In this document: piece after piece, positions 57,432 to 64,000 of the stretch
How positions within the stretch are numbered: position 1 is the first letter of the stretch
Layout: each line of letters begins with the position of its first letter
From: Bacillota bacterium
GTDB lineage: Bacteria; Bacillota; Limnochordia; JAAZLZ01
Assembly: GCA_012521755.1 (NCBI GenBank)
Contig: JAAYLV010000001.1
Span: 2,014 to 66,013 of the forward strand
Reading direction: 5' to 3'
DNA: 64,000 nt
The notes under the pieces: model-generated
What the model saw: the letters and a program-made list of their open reading frames with translations, nothing else
Told to the model about the DNA's origin: nothing
The model's database searches: none
Made by a program: the position numbers and the translations under genes

Positions 57432-58409
57432 CTATTGCAAGAAATCCTTGACTTCATCCCAGATCCAAGGTTGCCACGTTCCGGCGATCCGTTGGATAGT
57501 CGACTCAACCGCAGCGGCAAAGGCTGCTTTGTCGACCTCGACAAGCTCCATGCCAAGGGCGATTAGTCTCTCTTTCGCTTCCTCTTCCCGGGCTGCCGCC
57601 TCCGCGTTGGCCCAAGCCAGGGCTCTATCGGCGGCCTTGCGAATGATGTCCTGCTGCTCGGGAGTCAGGGCGCGGTAACTCTTGTTGCTGAAGGTCCAGT
57701 GATACACGCTAAGCAGGTGTTCAGTGAGCATGATGTATTTTTGGACCTCGTAAATCTTCCCTGTAAGGATAGTCTCAAAGGGATTCTCTTGGGCATCGAC
57801 TACGCCCATTTGCAGGGCGCTGTAGGTTTCCGGCCAGGCTACCGGGGTGGGGAGGACTCCCGTTGCTTTCCACGTATCAACCCAAACAGGGATTTCCGGC
57901 AAGCGCAGCTTTATCCCCTGCAAGTCCTCAGGTGATGTGATCTTGACATTGGCAGTGAGGTTGCGAGCCCCTCGCCGCTGCACACCGAGCAGCATCATAT
58001 CAGCTTTCTCTGCGAAGACCTTGTTGATGGCCTCCCCAATGGGACCGGCGTAGACAGCAAAGAGGGAATCATAATCCGGAAACAGAAAGGGCACTTGCAT
58101 GGGGGCAAGGTCTGGGGTTAAGGTAGCAACGGGGAAGTCGCCAAACACCACCAGATCCACCTCGCCGGTCTTGATAAGTTCCAGCAGCTCCTTTTCCCCT
58201 CCGAGGACTGCTCCGGGAAACAATTCCACCTTCATTTCCCCATTGCTCATCTCACTCACGTACTCTTGGAACTTGCCTGCGGCCTGCTCATCGAGCCCTC
58301 CTGGCATGGTGTGGAGTCCGAAGGAAATCGTTACAGGACCGGCGTTGACGCAAACGGCACAAATCAAGAACAGCCCCAACATAATACTCAGTCGGCGATA
58401 CATCTTCAC
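57432..58409 (-). CDS. dctP: TRAP transporter substrate-binding protein (DctP), locus 2
   Basis: 325 aa, signal peptide, DctP fold. Confidence 0.8.
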   Translation of the reverse strand: MKMYRRLSIMLGLFLICAVCVNAGPVTISFGLHTMPGGLDEQAAGKFQEYVSEMSNGEMKVELFPGAVLGGEKELLELIKTGEVDLVVFGDFPVATLTPDLAPMQVPFLFPDYDSLFAVYAGPIGEAINKVFAEKADMMLLGVQRRGARNLTANVKITSPEDLQGIKLRLPEIPVWVDTWKATGVLPTPVAWPETYSALQMGVVDAQENPFETILTGKIYEVQKYIMLTEHLLSVYHWTFSNKSYRALTPEQQDIIRKAADRALAWANAEAAAREEEAKERLIALGMELVEVDKAAFAAAVESTIQRIAGTWQPWIWDEVKDFLQ

Positions 58410-59011
58410 CCCTCCTCGTAGACATTGGCCATCCTTTTCCCCATAAACAGTGTATTAGCAGTATTCACGCATTTCTGTTAAACTCCTGCCTGAGCCAGCT
58501 TGTGTGGTAGAATTATTTGATCCTTTGAGCTCTGGTTGATGGGGCTACTCCTTCCCCAAAGAGTTCCTTCACGTTGCCGTCGGAGGAGATGGCAGCGTTA
58601 TGTCCTCCATGGCAAAGGTTGGGCGGTAGTTGAGGCGCGCGGTCAGTGACAGTGAAGGCCTCCGATCACAATATCTTGCTGCTGGCGGCCAAGGAGATCT
58701 ATGCCTAGTGCATATTTCCCTTGGCGAAAAAGTAGCTTTAGGTAGATGCCGGTCGGAAGGCGGCGCCTTTTTCGTGCTACCAGGATCGATATTGCCGGTA
58801 TTGGTTGGCCTTCTTGCCATTAACCGGCTGTCGCCTTGCTCTATGGGACTAGGCGAGAGACTGCCCAATGGCTGTAATAGACGCAAAAAACCGCTTCTGA
58901 CCTCCTTGGCGTGCCAAGGCAAGCCGTGGATTGAGAGGCGAAGCACTAAGAGGATTTTTACTTCAAACATCGAAGCTTCAAAGGACTACAATACTAGAGG
59001 GAGGTTAATAC

Positions 59012-60001
59012 GTGATTAACCAACGCATCCATCAAGTCTTGGTAGTTGTCGTAGCGCTCGTACTGGCAGTGTCTGTTGTGACGACGGCACAGAACAAACC
59101 TCTTGTGCTAAAGATGGGACTCATTTCTCCAGCGGACCATCCGGTAACGAAGGCATCACAGTATATGGCTGAGCTGGTAAAGGAACGGACTAACGGTGGC
59201 ATCGACATCCAGGTCTTCCCCAACGGTGTGTTGGGCGGTGAGGTTGAACTCCAGGCGGCAGTTCGCAGCGGAGCCGTCCATATGGCTTCCATCGGCGATG
59301 GACATGCGGCTGCTTACAGCAAGCCATGGAATATTTTCGTCATGTACTACATCTGGCCCGATGCCGAGACGATGCACCAGATCGAGGCCGGGGAGCCTTT
59401 CGAGCCCTTTGTTCGGGACTATGAGCAAAACTCGGGGGTTACCGTCCTGGCCCTCAACTGGGAGCAGGGAACACGGCATCTCCTAGCCAAGAAGCCCATT
59501 CGCACCCCGGAGGACTTGCGGGGAGTCAAAATTCGTGTTGACCAGCTGCCCTTGCACTCTGAGGGTTGGAAAGCCATGGGGGCCAACCCCACGCCGCTAG
59601 CCTTCCCAGAGGTCTATTCCGCCCTGCAGCAAGGGGTCGTCGATGCAATGGAATGCCCCCTGAACTGGATTTACAGCAGCGGTTTCCATGATCACGCCAA
59701 GTATCTCAACTTGACCGCACATAGCCGCTACATGAATATGGTGATCATCAACACCAAGCTTTTTGAGGGCCTATCTCCCGAGTACCAACAGATTCTCCGG
59801 GAAGCTGCCCTTGAGGCCGGTATCTATGAGACTGAGCTGAGCAGGCAGGAAGAGCTGGATTACCGGAAGAAGATGGAGGCAGAGGGAGTCACGTTCGTCG
59901 AGGTCGACGTTGAGGCTTTCCGAAACCGTGTCATTCCCTTGTTCGAGCAGCATATGGATCGGTGGGGTCGGGAAGTCTACGACGTCATCATGGGACAGTA
60001 G
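59012..60001 (+). CDS. dctP: TRAP transporter substrate-binding protein (DctP), locus 3
   Basis: 329 aa, signal peptide; GTG after GGGAGG. Confidence 0.8.
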   Translation: MINQRIHQVLVVVVALVLAVSVVTTAQNKPLVLKMGLISPADHPVTKASQYMAELVKERTNGGIDIQVFPNGVLGGEVELQAAVRSGAVHMASIGDGHAAAYSKPWNIFVMYYIWPDAETMHQIEAGEPFEPFVRDYEQNSGVTVLALNWEQGTRHLLAKKPIRTPEDLRGVKIRVDQLPLHSEGWKAMGANPTPLAFPEVYSALQQGVVDAMECPLNWIYSSGFHDHAKYLNLTAHSRYMNMVIINTKLFEGLSPEYQQILREAALEAGIYETELSRQEELDYRKKMEAEGVTFVEVDVEAFRNRVIPLFEQHMDRWGREVYDVIMGQ

Positions 60002-60089
60002 TAGTCGTCCTCGATAGGATTTCTGAGAGTGGGGCTCCTCTCAGTTGGGGCCCCATCCATTCTGCCAGATGTGGGGTGAATAGAAACTG

Positions 60090-60578
60090 GTGGGTCTTTT
60101 GAAACAGATCAATGATGTGACGGAGCGGATGATTAGGGGATTCCTTATCGCAATCCTGATAGGGATCCTGCTGGTGTGCTTCTACCAGGTGGCCACTAGA
60201 TTTGTGTTCGTCTCTTACGCGTTTGCTTGGACGGAGGAAATGGCTCGTTTGCTGTATCTTTGGGGCTGTTTCTTAGGTACGGCGGTTCTGCTCAGGCAAA
60301 AGCGCCTTATTCGCGTTGACATCATCAGCAACGTCTTGCCCAAGTCCTTGTTCCGCGCGATAGAGATAATTATGTTGCTCAGCATGCTGGGCTTTTCTTT
60401 GGTCCTGGTGGTGAAAGGCTTTGAGTTCTGCAATTCCATTTCCCAAGATCGCTTGACCCTTCTAGGCCATCCACGCAGCTGGTTCTGGCTGCCCGTACCA
60501 GTGGCCGGGGTTTTCGCCTGCATGTATATCTTGGAGCAGATTCTAGATGATTTGGGGGAATTGTTCGCTGGTTCTTGA
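60090..60578 (+). CDS. dctQ: TRAP transporter small permease (DctQ), locus 3 (start uncertain)
   Basis: 162 aa, 4 TM. Confidence 0.7.
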   Translation: MGLLKQINDVTERMIRGFLIAILIGILLVCFYQVATRFVFVSYAFAWTEEMARLLYLWGCFLGTAVLLRQKRLIRVDIISNVLPKSLFRAIEIIMLLSMLGFSLVLVVKGFEFCNSISQDRLTLLGHPRSWFWLPVPVAGVFACMYILEQILDDLGELFAGS

Positions 60579-60624
60579 TAGGAAAACTAGTTAGCAACTT
60601 GGAAAAGGAGCGATAAACTCCACT

Positions 60625-61893
60625 ATGGGAATTAGTATTGTCGTTCAACTTCTAGTTCTTCTTGGGTTAACGGTGCCTGTTGGCTTTGCCTTGGGCTACG
60701 TGGTGTTTTACTACTTTCTGACTAACGGGGTTCCCATGACGAACTTGGTCCAGACCATCGGTCAGGGCATCAATAACTTCACTTTCCTTGCGGTGCCCTT
60801 TTACATCATGGCCGGACACTTGATGAACACCGGCGGCATGACCAACGCGATCTTTGGTTTTGCCAATGCCCTCGTTGGCCATATTAAGGGCGGACTAGCC
60901 CACGTGAATATTCTAAACAGCATGATCTTCGCCGGCATGTCCGGTGCGGCCGTAGCCGATGCTGCTGGGTTGGGCATGGTGGAGATTAGGGCGATGCTCG
61001 ATAATGGTTATGATCTGGACTATGCCGTGGCTGTGACTGCCGCTTCCTCGACCATCGGCCCGATTATTCCGCCGAGCATCATCATGGTCGTCTTTGGGAT
61101 CACCGCTAATGTGTCGATCGGCCGGCTGTTCCTTGGCGGGATTGTTCCAGGCATTATGATGGGCGTCGGCATGTTGCTTTTGAATCACTACTTTGCCGTC
61201 AAGAGGGATTTCCCCGTCAGCAACTTCCCAACCCTAGAATCCATCGGCAGCCATTTTCGTCATGCACTGCCCGCACTCGTACTTCCCTTGATCATTATTG
61301 GTGGAATTATGAGCGGGCTGTTTACGCCGACTGAAGCTGGCTGTATAGCCGCCATGTATGCTCTCGTCCTCGGAGTTGTTACTAAGGAGATATCTTTTGA
61401 GGACCTCAAGAAAATCGCCCTGGAGACAATGCTCCAGTCGGCTCAGGTGGGCTTCATTGTTGCTACTGCTGCCGCTTTTAGCTGGGTCCTCACCTTCGAA
61501 CAGGTTCCTGCGAAGGTTGCTGCTTACTTGACTCAGACACTCCAGAGCCCGCTAGCCTTGCTGATTGCTTTGAATTTCATTTACCTCTTCCTCGGATGTA
61601 TCATGGAGGCCAGCGCGATTGTTATCATGACCGTTCCTATCGTCATGCCCATCGCGGTGAGATTGGGCATTGACCCGATTCATCTTGGGGTTTTGGTGGC
61701 CATCAACATGTCCATTGGAACGCTGACGCCGCCCGTCGGCATCGTCATGTACGTGTTGACGGAGGTCGCTGGCATCACGGTGCAGGATTATACCAAAGCG
61801 ATGCTCCCATGGCTGGGTCTGCTCTTTGGGCTTCTGCTCCTGTTCATCCTGTTCCCGCCGATTATTACATGGCTGCCCAACATGCTCATGTAG
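60625..61893 (+). CDS. dctM: TRAP transporter large permease (DctM), locus 3
   Basis: 422 aa; GGLAHVNILNSMIFAGMSGAAVADAAG. Confidence 0.85.
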   Translation: MGISIVVQLLVLLGLTVPVGFALGYVVFYYFLTNGVPMTNLVQTIGQGINNFTFLAVPFYIMAGHLMNTGGMTNAIFGFANALVGHIKGGLAHVNILNSMIFAGMSGAAVADAAGLGMVEIRAMLDNGYDLDYAVAVTAASSTIGPIIPPSIIMVVFGITANVSIGRLFLGGIVPGIMMGVGMLLLNHYFAVKRDFPVSNFPTLESIGSHFRHALPALVLPLIIIGGIMSGLFTPTEAGCIAAMYALVLGVVTKEISFEDLKKIALETMLQSAQVGFIVATAAAFSWVLTFEQVPAKVAAYLTQTLQSPLALLIALNFIYLFLGCIMEASAIVIMTVPIVMPIAVRLGIDPIHLGVLVAINMSIGTLTPPVGIVMYVLTEVAGITVQDYTKAMLPWLGLLFGLLLLFILFPPIITWLPNMLM

Positions 61894-61909
61894 GATATAG
61901 ACAACCTGC

Positions 61910-61940
61910 GCAAGGCCCAGCTGGGGCCTTGCTCTCTTAT
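61910..61940 (+). terminator. Rho-independent terminator after dctM (locus 3)
   Basis: gcaaggccc agctg gggccttgc followed by tctcttatc. Confidence 0.5.
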
Positions 61941-62008
61941 CGCCCCCTCTCATAAGTTTCCCGCGGCTAGACACACTACTCCTAGATGGCAGTCTGGAGG
62001 GTGCGTCT

Positions 62009-62320
62009 TTGGCGAGGGATTTGAACCAGGGGGTTGTGGAGACCCTTCTGCGCAAAATCAACGAACTCATCGAAGGGATGGAGAAGGCCGCTTTGGCCGA
62101 ACACATAGAGCTTTACCGACGCCCGCGCCGCCTTTTTTTCCTCAACTTTTGGGCCGGTCTGATGCGGGGTTTTGGCATTGCGGTGGGCTTTACGGTCGTC
62201 GGTTCGGTCTTCTTGATCGCCCTTGGGCGGCTTGCTTCGTTAAATCTGCCTATCATCGGCCGCTTTATCGCTGAGATCGTCAGGATCGTCCATGAGACCC
62301 TCGCCCTCCGGCAAATCTAA
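62009..62320 (+). CDS. Small membrane protein, DUF5665-like
   Basis: 103 aa; YRRPRRLFFLNFWAGLMRGFGIAVGFTVVGSVFL pattern. Confidence 0.4.
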   Translation: MARDLNQGVVETLLRKINELIEGMEKAALAEHIELYRRPRRLFFLNFWAGLMRGFGIAVGFTVVGSVFLIALGRLASLNLPIIGRFIAEIVRIVHETLALRQI

Positions 62321-62331
62321 GGAGGATAGCC

Positions 62332-62982
62332 ATGGATCGAAAACTTGAAAAGGAGTTTCGGCATCTCTTGGAAGAGGAGCGAGGGCGCCTAGAAGCGACT
62401 ATAGCCAATTTGAACCGAAATCTAGCCGAATCCCAGAAGGAGTCAATCCAAGAGCTTTCCAGCTATGATCAGCATTCGACGGATCTTGGCTCTGAGACTC
62501 TTGAACGAAGCAAGGATGTGGGGCTTCGGGATAATGCCAAGTTGCAGCTGACCATGGTCCAGGAAGCGATGGAACGATTAGAGGACGGCACCTATGGCAT
62601 CTGTGAAAGCTGCGGCCAGCCTATCGATCTTGAGCGTTTGCGAGCAATGCCCGCTGCAACGACTTGTGTACGCTGCAAGGAGCTGGCTGAAGAAGAGGCA
62701 GAAAGACGCCGCCCCGTGGAGGAAGAAGTGCTGTCCTTTACTCGCAGCTTTACCGATGGGCAAGACAGCGTCATTTACGACGGGGAGGATACCTGGCAGG
62801 ACCTTGCCCCCTACGGAACGGCCAATTCTCCCCAAGATGCCCTAGATGCCTATATCGATGCCGATGAAGCCCTAGGATTAGTCACGTGGATTGATGGAAT
62901 CGAGGAGTCCGGTGAAGAAGGAGTTACGGACTTAGACGACATCTATTCCTCCCCAAAGAAGGAAAAGCCCCGCCGCGATTGA
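62332..62982 (+). CDS. YteA-family sporulation protein (DksA/TraR C4-type zinc finger)
   Basis: Coiled-coil N-terminus and C4 zinc finger CESCGQPIDLERLRAMPAATTCVRCK; acidic C-terminal extension. Confidence 0.6.
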   Translation: MDRKLEKEFRHLLEEERGRLEATIANLNRNLAESQKESIQELSSYDQHSTDLGSETLERSKDVGLRDNAKLQLTMVQEAMERLEDGTYGICESCGQPIDLERLRAMPAATTCVRCKELAEEEAERRRPVEEEVLSFTRSFTDGQDSVIYDGEDTWQDLAPYGTANSPQDALDAYIDADEALGLVTWIDGIEESGEEGVTDLDDIYSSPKKEKPRRD

Positions 62983-63014
62983 GAATAACTGTTTGTTATG
63001 GTACTATGTGACAA
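62980..63014 (+). promoter_or_regulatory. Candidate sigma-A promoter with extended -10 (TTGAGA-17-TGgTACTAT) upstream of lspA
   Basis: Hexamers read from the sequence. Confidence 0.3.
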
Positions 63015-63046
63015 GACTGAGCGTCACCTCAGGGGGCTGAGCATTC

Positions 63047-63487
63047 TTGCGCTATCTTGGCCTGGGCCTGACCATCTTGGCCGTTGATCAAGCAACTAAG
63101 CTGTGGATTCAACGCACCCTCGCCATAGGAGAGGCTAAACCCTTGATTGGCGGTTTCGTCTATCTGACCCACGCGCGCAACCCGGGGGGCGCCTTTGGGT
63201 TATTTGCCCATCAGAATTGGCTGTTCTTTGCCCTGATGGCCCTATTGTTGCTGTTGGTTGTCAAACTGGTATACCCGATGAGGAAGCAAAGCACCCTTCT
63301 TTGCTACGGTTTGTCCATCGGTTTGGCCGGGGCAGTCGGCAACCTAATTGACCGCCTGCGGGTAGGCGGGGTGATTGACTTCATCGATGTCGGTTTTTGG
63401 CCGGTTTTCAATGTAGCTGATGGAGCCATCGTCCTCGGTGTGGCGCTCCTTTTTTGGGAACTCCTCGGCGGGAGAGTGGCCAGATGA
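63047..63487 (+). CDS. lspA: Lipoprotein signal peptidase II
   Basis: 146 aa, 4 TM, with conserved FNVADGAIVLG and GNLIDRL motifs. Confidence 0.9.
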   Translation: MRYLGLGLTILAVDQATKLWIQRTLAIGEAKPLIGGFVYLTHARNPGGAFGLFAHQNWLFFALMALLLLLVVKLVYPMRKQSTLLCYGLSIGLAGAVGNLIDRLRVGGVIDFIDVGFWPVFNVADGAIVLGVALLFWELLGGRVAR

Positions 63488-64000
63488 GATGGGAGCTGCG
63501 CGTCGGCAAGGGTGGTGAACGCCTCGATAGCTATTTGCGAGGGGAGCTGCCTGAGTTTTCCCGGTCTTTCCTGCAGCGCCTCATCGAGGAAGGTCAGGTG
63601 GAGGTCAATGGTAAGCTCGCCAAAGCCAGCTATCGAGTGCGGGAGAATGACTTGATTCAGGTTGTCCTGCCGCCCCCTGCGCCGCTAGAGCTCGAGCCTG
63701 AGTCCTTGCCGCTGGACATCTGTTATGAAGATGATGATCTTTTGGTGCTAAACAAGCCGAGGGGGATGGTGGTCCATCCCGCGGCGGGAAACCTGCGGGG
63801 GACTTTGGTCAACGCCCTATTGGGCCGCGGTGCGAGCTTATCAAGTGTCGGGGGAGTGGATCGGCCAGGGATCGTCCACAGGCTGGACAAAGACACATCG
63901 GGCCTATTGGTGGTGGCCAAGAACAATTACGCCCATTGTCGTCTGGGCCGCCAATTTCAAAGGCGAACGGTCAAGAGAGAATACCTTGCCCTCGTCTACG
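63484..64000 (+). CDS. rluD: RluA-family 23S rRNA pseudouridine synthase (RluD-like), 3' truncated by window edge
   Basis: N-terminal S4 domain and catalytic HRLDKDTSGLLVVAK motif; ATGA overlap with lspA as in Bacillus lspA-rluD. Confidence 0.85.
   Translation, partial: MRWELRVGKGGERLDSYLRGELPEFSRSFLQRLIEEGQVEVNGKLAKASYRVRENDLIQVVLPPPAPLELEPESLPLDICYEDDDLLVLNKPRGMVVHPAAGNLRGTLVNALLGRGASLSSVGGVDRPGIVHRLDKDTSGLLVVAKNNYAHCRLGRQFQRRTVKREYLALVY

Noticed and set aside
58630-59019. 129-aa ORF (+) and 133-aa ORF (-) in the long TRAP intergenic region
   Set aside because: No RBS, no recognisable domains, Arg/Pro-rich composition; likely non-coding. Both were searched for a degraded dctM/dctP remnant and none was found.
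1-64000. CRISPR arrays, tRNA/rRNA genes, integrases/transposases/IS elements, prophage genes, toxin-antitoxin pairs
   Set aside because: Scanned for direct-repeat arrays, tRNA cloverleaf-like conserved ends, and recombinase or TA-like ORFs; none seen. The window is core chromosome with small insertions rather than a mobile island.

Overview
This 64-kb window is a syntenic core block from a high-GC (about 58-60%), probably thermophilic, endospore-forming Firmicute. Nearly all genes are on the + strand. The order matches two well-known Bacillus/Clostridia chromosomal neighbourhoods.

- Region 1: spoIIIAC(partial)-AD-AE-AF-AG-AH, accB-accC, asp23-amaP-DUF2273, nusB, xseA-xseB-ispA, a ~600-nt structured non-coding region, oapA-like, dxs-tlyA-nadK-argR-recN-spoIVB, [insert], spo0A.
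- Region 2: SteA/SteB plus two glycosyltransferases; a cortex/peptidoglycan-remodelling set (LysM-SleB-like, two NodB deacetylases, SH3b-GH18); then M16 peptidase (mlpA-like), ymxH, dapB, dpaA-dpaB-asd-lysC-dapA, RNase J, tepA, ylzJ, uppP, yggS(ylmE)-sepF-proC-yggT-ylmH-divIVA, an Ile T-box leader, ileS, and finally lspA-rluD(partial).
- Insertions into this backbone:
  - a P-II-like plus DUF1538 pair and a beta-barrel-like secreted protein between spoIVB and spo0A;
  - a Trp/Arg-rich 422-aa beta-barrel-like protein;
  - three TRAP (DctPQM) transporter systems. One has a GntR regulator and an unknown enzyme. One, on the minus strand, has dctM broken by a +1 frameshift in a G8 homopolymer.
- Most notable element: the ~600-nt GC-rich, ORF-free, promoter-driven region between ispA and a 4-TM membrane protein followed by dxs. 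That is the canonical locus of OLE (ornate large extremophilic) RNA and its partner OapA.
- No CRISPR arrays, rRNA/tRNA genes, integrases or transposases were seen.
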